A DNA stretch of 63,678 nucleotides. It comes from Schmidtea nova (Eukaryota). The position numbers and the translations under genes were made by a program. The stretch is taken from the NCBI GenBank assembly GCA_044892505.1, contig CM097883.1, positions 189,348,323-189,412,000 of the forward strand, in the 5' to 3' direction. Numbering within the stretch: the stretch's first letter is position 1; the number at the start of each line of letters is the position of its first letter. This document shows, in pieces, positions 35,912-44,793 of the stretch. The notes beneath the pieces are model-generated. The model had not been told where the DNA came from and made no database searches. It saw nothing but the letters and a program-made list of their open reading frames with translations.

Positions 35912-38611
35912 CAACAAATAGTAGACATTTATCGAAATTGGCGGATTTGGCCAGAATGGGAAGATGTATTAGAAGAACTCAATCTCAACAGACGATTACT
36001 AACACCCGTAGAAAAGAAATGGAACGAACGAGGAAAATGTTGGGAACCAAAAGCAGGCGAATACGAAGAAGAATATGAAATGGGCATAGAAGACGATCAC
36101 AAACCGGAAACCGGAAGAGTCTGTATGGTAACAAGAAAAGCCATGCCAGCGGATTTAGACGGACCAGAAACGGCAACCATGTGGTTGGAAAGAGAGAAAC
36201 AAAAAACGGAAGAATTTGTCGAAATATTAAAAACCAATGCGCACGGCAAGAGAAAAGTAGTAAAAGGTCTCGCAGATTTTTTCGTAGTTAATGGAGAAGA
36301 CATAACATGCTTGCGTAAAGTAGCAAAAGCAATCGCCGAATACAAAAGAGTTAACGAGTGGTGTCCAGAACAATTGGATCACGTAATTAAAAAATGGAGA
36401 AACCAAGAATTCTCGCAGGAATCACCACAGAAAGTACACCTAAGAATAGTATATCCGAACCAAGAAAAGGAAGAATTTTGGGTAGGAATAGCGGAGAAAG
36501 TCCGAGACATTAAAAAGAAATTGAGATACGAACCACCATTCCATTTACAACACCAAGGACGATCATTAGATAACAGCTTGGAAATTGGAATAACGCCAGC
36601 GCAATTAGATATCGCAAATACATTGACAGTGGCAGCAATAGCAGGCCAACCATTGAAATTGAAAGAGGAAAAGAAACCAAAAGGAAGTATGAGTACGCCG
36701 AGCCCAATGAAATCTGTAATGACTCCAGGAACAAGCTCAGAACAAGCTAGAACAACACCAAGAGAGACAAGAGAAAGAACACCACCAGAACCATACGATG
36801 TAGACGAAAATTTTACAGATAGCGATGATATGTTAGAGGAGTTAATAGAGCTAACAAAAGAGAAAGATGATAATATTTTCGAAAGAATTCAAGAATTACC
36901 AACAGCAATACCGGTAACCAACACCGAAGATGAAGTTGAACAAGAAATAATCATCGAAGAAGTAAATGAAATAGCAGAAGAGGAAGCAAGGAGGGCAAAT
37001 GTAGAAAATGTACAATTCACACAAGAAATGGAAAGATGGTTAGAAGAAAGAGCCAATGAACCAAGAGACGTCACAGAAGAAACGGGACGAGAAACAAGAT
37101 TAGTAGAAACGGGCACGACAATGGACAAACGACCTAGAGGTAGACCCAAGATGGATCCAGCAAATGTAGTTATAAAATCAAGAGAGGAAAAAAGACGGGA
37201 TCAATGGGATTTGTGTCTAAAGAAACTAAATAAAATAGCCGAAACGAAAGAAAAAGAAACAACACAAACATACCAAGGCGAGGAATGGATATCAAAGATG
37301 TTAATGGAAATACTGGCAATAATCGATCCGGAATTAAAGAAATGGTGGAGAATAAACGAAATAAGCGAAAGGGCGAAATCACTGCATAGCGCCATCGCAC
37401 CAATCCTACCAGAACTAATAAAAGAGAAGACAATGTCAAACCACCTAGATTGGCAAGGAACCACGATGTTGATAAAGAAGTTAACGGAAGGAGCAGAGAC
37501 GGATAACAAATATTTAATAGCTATGGCATACACCATTTACAATCTGTTGACACTGAGTAGAGGTCGACTGAAACCCACAGCACTCGAAAGACATATAAAG
37601 AATACAGCCAAAATTATAGAGAAGGAAATAGAACCGTACATCATCAGTAAAGGAGGATGGGAAACATTCACAAAAACGAACCAAAAGAAAAACCAAGCCA
37701 AAAATATGAAAAGGAAATTCGAAGAGATATTGGGAGAATTGGAAAAGGAAAAGTCGGGAACAGGAAACGGGAAATCATCACTAAACTTGAGTTCTATCAT
37801 TATGATGATGTTAATATGGATGATTAGTACTGACGGAGCAACAGCATTTGAAGTATTCGATTGTGATCAAATGGCATTAGGTGAGAAATATTCACTACGA
37901 GGGACAGAACAATGTAAGGACGCAACCCCAACGGAGCTAAAAACATTAAAAAAGAGACAATTATACCACGTATATCAGGAAGCTGAACTGATAAGAACAA
38001 TGGTCAGAGAATGCAAAGTTTATAAAACCAGATTTGCTTTTTATTGTGGGCACCGCCATTATTCAGCAATCGTGATGCCAGGAACGGAAAGAGAATCGGT
38101 AATGCTGCAAGGAGAAGACTGTGAAAAATTATTCAAACATGGAGAAGTAGAGACTAGAGATAGAGTAAAGATAAGAGGAAAAACGGGAGTAATATTACAA
38201 CAAACATATTATGTAGCAGGAGCTATTACGGGAGGAGAAGGGTACTGCCAAGGAGCAACATATCCAATATTCGGAGTAGCAGCAACAAACCTAGTGGTAA
38301 TAGATACGTATACAGTGGAACTAAAAACGTACGAGGCATTCTTCGATCCAACGACGGGAGAAATGAAAACTCTACCTATGTGCAAAATCGAGTCAAACAC
38401 TTGTCAGACTGGTATGTCAACCCTAACCTACCAGATACGAGGAAAGGAATGTCAACTACAATTGCTAAAAGAAGCAGAATTCGACGAGATACAAGGGAAA
38501 ACCTTCCAAGAGGAAGAAGAAGACGAGGCAGCAAGAGGAAAAATACTTCAAGACACCGTACGAGGAGAGAAAAAGATCGAAATACGAACACAAGAAAACA
38601 AATTAAAATGA
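35912..38611 (+). CDS. Polyprotein segment: Ubl-like domain, AT-hook, Bcl-2-like domain, signal peptide, N-half of chuvirus-like glycoprotein
   Basis: The frame is open directly after TAA 35909-35911 (ORF-track start 36080). Motifs: KRPRGRPK; EIEPYIISKGGWETF; IIMMMLIWMISTDG followed by FDC...ECKVYKTRFAFYCGHRHYS. Confidence 0.8.
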   Translation, partial: QQIVDIYRNWRIWPEWEDVLEELNLNRRLLTPVEKKWNERGKCWEPKAGEYEEEYEMGIEDDHKPETGRVCMVTRKAMPADLDGPETATMWLEREKQKTEEFVEILKTNAHGKRKVVKGLADFFVVNGEDITCLRKVAKAIAEYKRVNEWCPEQLDHVIKKWRNQEFSQESPQKVHLRIVYPNQEKEEFWVGIAEKVRDIKKKLRYEPPFHLQHQGRSLDNSLEIGITPAQLDIANTLTVAAIAGQPLKLKEEKKPKGSMSTPSPMKSVMTPGTSSEQARTTPRETRERTPPEPYDVDENFTDSDDMLEELIELTKEKDDNIFERIQELPTAIPVTNTEDEVEQEIIIEEVNEIAEEEARRANVENVQFTQEMERWLEERANEPRDVTEETGRETRLVETGTTMDKRPRGRPKMDPANVVIKSREEKRRDQWDLCLKKLNKIAETKEKETTQTYQGEEWISKMLMEILAIIDPELKKWWRINEISERAKSLHSAIAPILPELIKEKTMSNHLDWQGTTMLIKKLTEGAETDNKYLIAMAYTIYNLLTLSRGRLKPTALERHIKNTAKIIEKEIEPYIISKGGWETFTKTNQKKNQAKNMKRKFEEILGELEKEKSGTGNGKSSLNLSSIIMMMLIWMISTDGATAFEVFDCDQMALGEKYSLRGTEQCKDATPTELKTLKKRQLYHVYQEAELIRTMVRECKVYKTRFAFYCGHRHYSAIVMPGTERESVMLQGEDCEKLFKHGEVETRDRVKIRGKTGVILQQTYYVAGAITGGEGYCQGATYPIFGVAATNLVVIDTYTVELKTYEAFFDPTTGEMKTLPMCKIESNTCQTGMSTLTYQIRGKECQLQLLKEAEFDEIQGKTFQEEEEDEAARGKILQDTVRGEKKIEIRTQENKLK

Positions 38612-41600
38612 GAAATACACCAACGGTACTAATTACCTCAGATGCAGATATCGGAATGAGGTTTGTAAAAGGAAAAACAGCTTTGAAATGCGGAGTAGCC
38701 ATGTTGGAAACCAACTACCCCGGCATTTTTGTATCAAAGCAAGAAGTACCTAGAGCGAAACGCAAAGTGCACACGAACGATGTTAAATTACACCTGTACA
38801 TGAACAATAAAATGGATTTTCTATTCCATAGAGGACAAGCGTCACTACAAAAAGTGTATTACGATTTAATAAATAACGATTGTATATTAAATAGGGAAAT
38901 ATTAAAGACAAAACTAGCAGTAGCAATCACAAACCCGGATAGTGCAATGCCACTATTACCATTAAGAGAAGGTCATTTTGGAAGAGTAGTCGGAGAGGTC
39001 ATGTACGTATACATATGTAAAAAGACAAATGCGAAGGTAGCGACAATGACAAAACTACAACCAGGTCAGTGTACTAACGAACTAGAAATCGAATATAAAG
39101 GGAAAGTAAGATATGTACAACCAGTGACAAGAATCATAAATCCAGTAAGTTTCGAACCAAACCCTTTCAATTGTAGCAACGCATATGGACCACTATACCA
39201 AAAACCAGACGGAAATTGGGTTATGTTTCCGTCAAGAACAGAGGTACCAGCACCAAGGGAATTTGAATTGATGCAACTATCAAAAGGGCGAAAATTCAAA
39301 GACGTAGATGTAAGTAATATGGGATTCTATAGCGCAAAAGACTTAGAGGCAGCGAGACAAAACATACTATTTCCAGCAAGAAGGGAAGCGGTGTTATCCA
39401 GCATTGTAACAATAACAGGAGGAACAAATTACCAAGGTGGACCAAATTACGAATTATTATTGTCACCAGCCCACTTTAAGAAGGCAACGGAAAACATGAT
39501 GAAAGCGATGTGGGGAAGATTTTTAATATTTGGACAAATGATGGCAGGAATACTTGGTGTTATACTAATTATACAAATAATACGGGTAATAATAACGCAA
39601 ATGTTAGCCTGTTTTGACATCTATAAACGAGAAAAGAAAGTAAATTGGAAATTGGTGGTAGGATTCTTACCATTTCTGGCTAAAACAATGGTATTACACG
39701 GTCATTCAAAAGATATTCACCGAATAAAGAGACTCCTAAAAATACTGGCAAAAATGAAAGGAACCGATGAAGAGGTGGGACGAAAATTTAAAAAGATAAT
39801 GAATAACGAGCAAGCAAGACAACGACTCAAGAAAGAGAGAAAAGGACTATGGGAAAGAATGAAAGGGTACAGAACCCAAGACGATTCCAGTGACGACGAT
39901 GATGATGATAACGAAGGAGGTCAAGTATTTAAAAACCAAGTACCAAAGTACGTCGAAAAGAATCCAGCGGAAATGTGGAAGTGTTACGCACCCCCACCAA
40001 CCATGTACCAAGAACCAACACCAGGGATGAGACAAAATACAATGCAAATGATGCCGATGACAAACATATATCCTATGATACCAGAAGACTATAGAACGAG
40101 ACGGTGCAGAAGCGTAGATCCGCAAGGAGACTCACATACAATTGCAGTAATGTCATCAAACACCGGTCCAGTATTAACTACAACAATCGAAATTAACGGA
40201 AGGGAAATTGAAGCGATGATTGATACAGGAGCAAATATCTCAGCAATAGATATAAAATGGATACCACAAGAACAAAGACGGGATATTGAGAGAACCAACG
40301 TTCACGTAATAGCATGCAGTAAAGAAGTAGTAGAAGTTGCCGGAAGATGGTGGGTAAAGATAAAACATCAAAACACGGAAATCGAAACGTACGTAGCAGT
40401 AATACCAGCACTGAGCGTACCATGCATTATAGGCACGGATCTGATGCCAGCATTATTTAAAGAAATAGTTATTGACCTCGGAACAATGAGATTAAAGGAT
40501 AGGACAGGACAGATATGCGCAATAGAAGCAAAAGTAACAAGTTCGAAACAAATAATCGTACCAGCACGGAGAGAGAAAATATGCTTCGTAAAAATAGATC
40601 CTACAATAGAAGGTGATATGATCTTTGAACCCAGTAAAAGATTTGAAAAGAGAAAGTCGTTGCCAATGGCAAGGGGATTAGTGAGTGCGAATGACAACGG
40701 AGAAATCCCAATAAATGTAGTAAATTTCGATGAAGAGGATAAAATAATTTATGAAAATGAAAGACTAGGTAAACTAACTCCAATGATGGATATCGAAATA
40801 CCAATAAAAGAAGGAGTAAAAGAGGAGGAACCCACCTGGAACATTGATAGCCAACTACTAAATGAGGATCAAAAGAAACAGCTAGAAAGGTTACTGATGG
40901 AATATAAAGACATATTCGCAGCATCCGATTTAGATCTAGGGACATGCGACGTCACACTACATACGATTCCACTAACAGACGAAACGCCTATTGCGTTAAG
41001 ACCATACAAGTTAGCTGAAGCGCAAAAATCAGTAGCAGAAGCAGAAGTACAGAAAATGCTAGACGCAGAAGTAATTGAACCAAGCTGCTCACCGTGGCAA
41101 TTCCCAGTTGTAATGGTGAAAAAGAAAGACGGAACACAACGGTTTTGTATTGATTATCGGAGATTAAATGCGGTAACAAAAAGGGATACATACCCATTAC
41201 CAGACATCAACGAGATGTTATTGACATTACAAGGAGCGGCATACTTTACATCATTGGATTTGAAAAGCGGATACTGGCAAATTAAAATGAAAGAGGAAGA
41301 CAAAGAGAAAACTGCTTTCACTATCGGAAGAGACTTGTACCAGTTTAGGAAAATGCCATTTGGACTAACCAATGCGCCAGCATCATTTCAAAGATGTATG
41401 AATTTCGTTACCCACGGCATAAAACAATGCATGGTTTACATTGACGACCTACTGATCTACTCAAGCACATTTGAACAACACATCCAAGATATCAGAGATG
41501 TATTTGTTAGATTGAGACAATGGAAACTCAAGCTCAAACCATCGAAATGCGATTGGGCAAAGGAGAAAGTGACATTCTTAGGACATATTGTGTCCGCAAA

Positions 41601-42843
41601 AGGAAAGGAACCAGATCCCAGAAACATTGATAAAGTAAAAGAATGTCCAGTACCAAAGACGATAACGCAGATCCAAGAATTTCTCGGATTATGCGGTTAC
41701 TATAGAAAATTCATAAAGGATTACGCAGGAATTGCAAAACCAATCCAGGAGCTAGTAAAGAAAGACGTATCGTTCATATGGGGAAGCGAACAACAAACAG
41801 CCTTCGAAACATTACGAGATAAGTTAATAACTGTACCAATATTGGTTCACCCGGATTTCAAGAAGCCATTTTTACTCGCAACCGACGCAAGTGGATATGC
41901 AGCAGGAGCAGTGTTAGGACAATATGATGACGAGGGAAAAGAGCGGGTAAACGGATATTATAGCAGAACATTCAAGAAACACGAGAAGAATTATTCAGTA
42001 ACGGAAAGAGAAGCATTGGCAATAATATTAGCAATAAAACACTTTAAATATCTATTATGGGGACACGTTATATGCATAACCACGGATCATCAACCACTTG
42101 TATGGCTAGGACAACATAAGGAAACATCCAGCAGATTAATGAGATGGGCGATGCAATTACAAGAATATTCACCAGATATAAAATTCAAATCAGGGAAAGC
42201 GAATGCCAACGCAGATTGCATGTCAAGATTAACGTTTCCAGAACTAACAGACCCAGAAGTGCAAAGAATATGCATAGTGATAGCAGAGGATTTGGATTTC
42301 AGCGAGTTAAAGAAAGATCAGCAAGAGGATAAAGAACTAAGACCCATCATAGAATTCCTAAGCTCACGGAATATGGATGTATTCAAAGACAATACGGAGT
42401 TAAAAGAACACATGAGGAAATACCAACATCGATACACAATAGAAAAAGGATGGTTGTTAATACAAGATGGAGAAAAACGATTAATGTGTCTGCCAGGTAA
42501 TAGACGAAAAGAGATAATAACTCAATACCATGACGGAAAGTTGGGAGGACACATGTCCGATAAGAAAACATTAGATCGCATGAGACAAAAATATTATTGG
42601 CCAACAATGGACGAAGACGTAAAGGAATGGATAAAGAACTGTTTAACTTGTGCCACAAGAAAGGATAGTGGGAAGAAATGGAAAAATCCCTTAAAACCCA
42701 AGCCGATACCAGCAGAACCAATGACTACCATTGCAATGGATGTAATAGGACCATTGCCAGAAAGTTTAAACGGGAATCAATATATATTGGTAATAACGGA
42801 TTATTTGACTAAATTCCCTGAAGCATTTGCGATGCCGGATTAA
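38380..42843 (+). CDS. pol: C-half of the glycoprotein (with TM) fused in frame to Pol: protease, RT, RNase H, integrase zinc finger
   Basis: PR MIDTGANIS (40222); RT FCIDYRRLN, PFGLTNAPASFQR and YIDD (41437); RH LATDASGYAAGAVL; IN HDGKLGGH...CLTC and MDVIGPL. Ends at a TAA where the consensus has Gln (MPD*KAKTVA). Confidence 0.96.
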   Translation: MQNRVKHLSDWYVNPNLPDTRKGMSTTIAKRSRIRRDTRENLPRGRRRRGSKRKNTSRHRTRREKDRNTNTRKQIKMRNTPTVLITSDADIGMRFVKGKTALKCGVAMLETNYPGIFVSKQEVPRAKRKVHTNDVKLHLYMNNKMDFLFHRGQASLQKVYYDLINNDCILNREILKTKLAVAITNPDSAMPLLPLREGHFGRVVGEVMYVYICKKTNAKVATMTKLQPGQCTNELEIEYKGKVRYVQPVTRIINPVSFEPNPFNCSNAYGPLYQKPDGNWVMFPSRTEVPAPREFELMQLSKGRKFKDVDVSNMGFYSAKDLEAARQNILFPARREAVLSSIVTITGGTNYQGGPNYELLLSPAHFKKATENMMKAMWGRFLIFGQMMAGILGVILIIQIIRVIITQMLACFDIYKREKKVNWKLVVGFLPFLAKTMVLHGHSKDIHRIKRLLKILAKMKGTDEEVGRKFKKIMNNEQARQRLKKERKGLWERMKGYRTQDDSSDDDDDDNEGGQVFKNQVPKYVEKNPAEMWKCYAPPPTMYQEPTPGMRQNTMQMMPMTNIYPMIPEDYRTRRCRSVDPQGDSHTIAVMSSNTGPVLTTTIEINGREIEAMIDTGANISAIDIKWIPQEQRRDIERTNVHVIACSKEVVEVAGRWWVKIKHQNTEIETYVAVIPALSVPCIIGTDLMPALFKEIVIDLGTMRLKDRTGQICAIEAKVTSSKQIIVPARREKICFVKIDPTIEGDMIFEPSKRFEKRKSLPMARGLVSANDNGEIPINVVNFDEEDKIIYENERLGKLTPMMDIEIPIKEGVKEEEPTWNIDSQLLNEDQKKQLERLLMEYKDIFAASDLDLGTCDVTLHTIPLTDETPIALRPYKLAEAQKSVAEAEVQKMLDAEVIEPSCSPWQFPVVMVKKKDGTQRFCIDYRRLNAVTKRDTYPLPDINEMLLTLQGAAYFTSLDLKSGYWQIKMKEEDKEKTAFTIGRDLYQFRKMPFGLTNAPASFQRCMNFVTHGIKQCMVYIDDLLIYSSTFEQHIQDIRDVFVRLRQWKLKLKPSKCDWAKEKVTFLGHIVSAKGKEPDPRNIDKVKECPVPKTITQIQEFLGLCGYYRKFIKDYAGIAKPIQELVKKDVSFIWGSEQQTAFETLRDKLITVPILVHPDFKKPFLLATDASGYAAGAVLGQYDDEGKERVNGYYSRTFKKHEKNYSVTEREALAIILAIKHFKYLLWGHVICITTDHQPLVWLGQHKETSSRLMRWAMQLQEYSPDIKFKSGKANANADCMSRLTFPELTDPEVQRICIVIAEDLDFSELKKDQQEDKELRPIIEFLSSRNMDVFKDNTELKEHMRKYQHRYTIEKGWLLIQDGEKRLMCLPGNRRKEIITQYHDGKLGGHMSDKKTLDRMRQKYYWPTMDEDVKEWIKNCLTCATRKDSGKKWKNPLKPKPIPAEPMTTIAMDVIGPLPESLNGNQYILVITDYLTKFPEAFAMPD

Positions 42844-44793
42844 AAAGCAAAGACCGTAGCAAGAATTTTAGTAGAGGAAATATGTTGTCGATACGGAACC
42901 CCGAAACAAATACTAACAGATCAAGGAACAAATTTTATGAGCGAAATACTAGATGAAGTAACAAATTACTTCAGAATAGCCAAATTACGAACGTCACCAT
43001 ATCATCCGCAAACCAACGGACAAACGGAAAGATTTAACGGCACATTGATTCGAATGTTATCCAATTATGTAAGCAAACACCAAACAGATTGGGATGAATA
43101 CGTAAAGCTATGTCTAATGGCATACCGAATGTCGATACACGCAGCAACAAAATTGAGTCCATTTCAATTAATGTATGGAAGGGAATGCAATATGCCAATA
43201 GATCTTGAATATCAACCACCTTTGTCTCAATATATGGAGGAAGATGATTACGTCACCAAATTCAAAGAACGAATGCAAGAGATATGGAAGACAGCAGAAC
43301 TAAACATAAAGTTTTATCAAGAAAGTTACAAGGACCTACACGATCAAAAGAAAAATGTTAAAACAAATGATCTTAAACCCGGAGATTGGGTAATGATAGA
43401 AACCCCAGAAATAATACCAGGAACCGTTAAAAAACTACAAAGACCAGGAAAAGGCCCTTACGAAGTTATATACAAAAAGGAAAACAATGTGAAGGTAAAA
43501 CTTGTTAATCGACCATTGATACGACCAATATACGTTAATACATGCAGATGTAAGAAAGTACCAAAAACAATAACCACAGCGCCAGAAGAACGAATAATAA
43601 CCAGATCCCAGACAGCCAGAATGAATATGCTCAGAGCAACCAATGAAAGTACCGAAGCAGAAAACAATCAACAAGAAAAAAGAAACAAGGAAATGGTACT
43701 AAAAGCCAGAGAAATAATGGGAAAATGGCATGTCAGAGACGATATATTAAGAGATATTCAGTCGATAATTAGTGATTACGCAAGGGGACTACCAACAAAA
43801 CCAGTCATTTCAGAACTACTGGAAAAAATTCCAGAAATACTTTCACTAGAAGACATAGGAGGACAACCAGCATTACATAACGCCATAAAATGGGGAGAAG
43901 TAGAGAGAGTAAAAGAATTTCTAAAAATCGCTAAGGAAACAAACCAACACCTTGGTTTTGGGAATAGCGAACAAGAAACACCATTAATGGTAGCAGCCAT
44001 CTACAAATCGGATAAAGCAATAATAGACGTTTTGATAAATGCCGATTTCAACTGGACGGAACGCGATAGAGAAAACAAAACAGTCTTGAATCACGCAATA
44101 TGGAGCTCAAATCAGATAATGCTCAAACAAATAATCGAGAAGGCCACTTGGGAAATAGACGAACTGATCAAAGGTGATATAATCAAGGAGGCAATAAAAA
44201 TCGGTAACTGCAAAACAATACGCAAGCTAATAAAATGGAAAAGATCCGAAAATGATACATGGGTGTTAAATATAAACGAGGTATACAGTGAAGGGCAAAA
44301 CACGTTATTACAATTCCTATTAAAATTAGTTTGTGATCAGAAAACACTGTTAATATTATTGGACAGAAGAAATATTACAATTTCCAAAAACAAAGAGGAG
44401 TGTAAATTCGAAAGTGAAAAAGAAGCATTATTCAGGAAAATTAGGGAATGGTGTGCAAAATCGCTAACCAAGACGATGACTTACAAAGATATATCCAATT
44501 TTCAAGATAAATACAAAACGGTGGAGGAAGAGTATGACAAACTAATAGACATATTAAACCACCCCGAAAAATGCAAACAATTCCTATGTCAAAAGGAAAG
44601 AGAAAGCAAAAGGAAATTTACACCACTTTTCAGCGCAGAGGTACCCTATCAAGAAAGGTTAGATGCGATACAGGACAAAGCAAAAGAACTATTACCAGAA
44701 TTCGAAAATTCTAAACATACACTGGAGATACTCGGATCAATTGTGGAAAGGTACACGCATATGCGGAAGGGACTTACAATGAAAACGATATGA
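42844..44793 (+). CDS. Integrase core and GPY-like C-terminus followed by ankyrin repeats
   Basis: Same frame as pol. ILTDQGTNF, TSPYHPQTNGQTERFN and KGPYEV, then GGQPALHNAIKWG, ETPLMVAAIY and KTVLNHAIW. Confidence 0.9.
   Translation, partial: KAKTVARILVEEICCRYGTPKQILTDQGTNFMSEILDEVTNYFRIAKLRTSPYHPQTNGQTERFNGTLIRMLSNYVSKHQTDWDEYVKLCLMAYRMSIHAATKLSPFQLMYGRECNMPIDLEYQPPLSQYMEEDDYVTKFKERMQEIWKTAELNIKFYQESYKDLHDQKKNVKTNDLKPGDWVMIETPEIIPGTVKKLQRPGKGPYEVIYKKENNVKVKLVNRPLIRPIYVNTCRCKKVPKTITTAPEERIITRSQTARMNMLRATNESTEAENNQQEKRNKEMVLKAREIMGKWHVRDDILRDIQSIISDYARGLPTKPVISELLEKIPEILSLEDIGGQPALHNAIKWGEVERVKEFLKIAKETNQHLGFGNSEQETPLMVAAIYKSDKAIIDVLINADFNWTERDRENKTVLNHAIWSSNQIMLKQIIEKATWEIDELIKGDIIKEAIKIGNCKTIRKLIKWKRSENDTWVLNINEVYSEGQNTLLQFLLKLVCDQKTLLILLDRRNITISKNKEECKFESEKEALFRKIREWCAKSLTKTMTYKDISNFQDKYKTVEEEYDKLIDILNHPEKCKQFLCQKERESKRKFTPLFSAEVPYQERLDAIQDKAKELLPEFENSKHTLEILGSIVERYTHMRKGLTMKTI

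Noticed and set aside
38560-38611. Programmed -1 frameshift in the middle of the glycoprotein
   Set aside because: No canonical X XXY YYZ heptamer, and a shift inside one ectodomain makes little sense; a one-base A-run deletion explains it more simply.
32129-42843. TAA-as-glutamine (ciliate-type) genetic code to explain the in-frame TAAs
   Set aside because: TAA would be common in these A-rich, Gln-rich ORFs if it were a sense codon, yet kilobases lack it, and TAA clearly terminates the RING and TRAF genes.
43440-43620. Chromodomain at the integrase C-terminus
   Set aside because: No chromodomain motif follows the GPY-like segment; ankyrin repeats are there instead.
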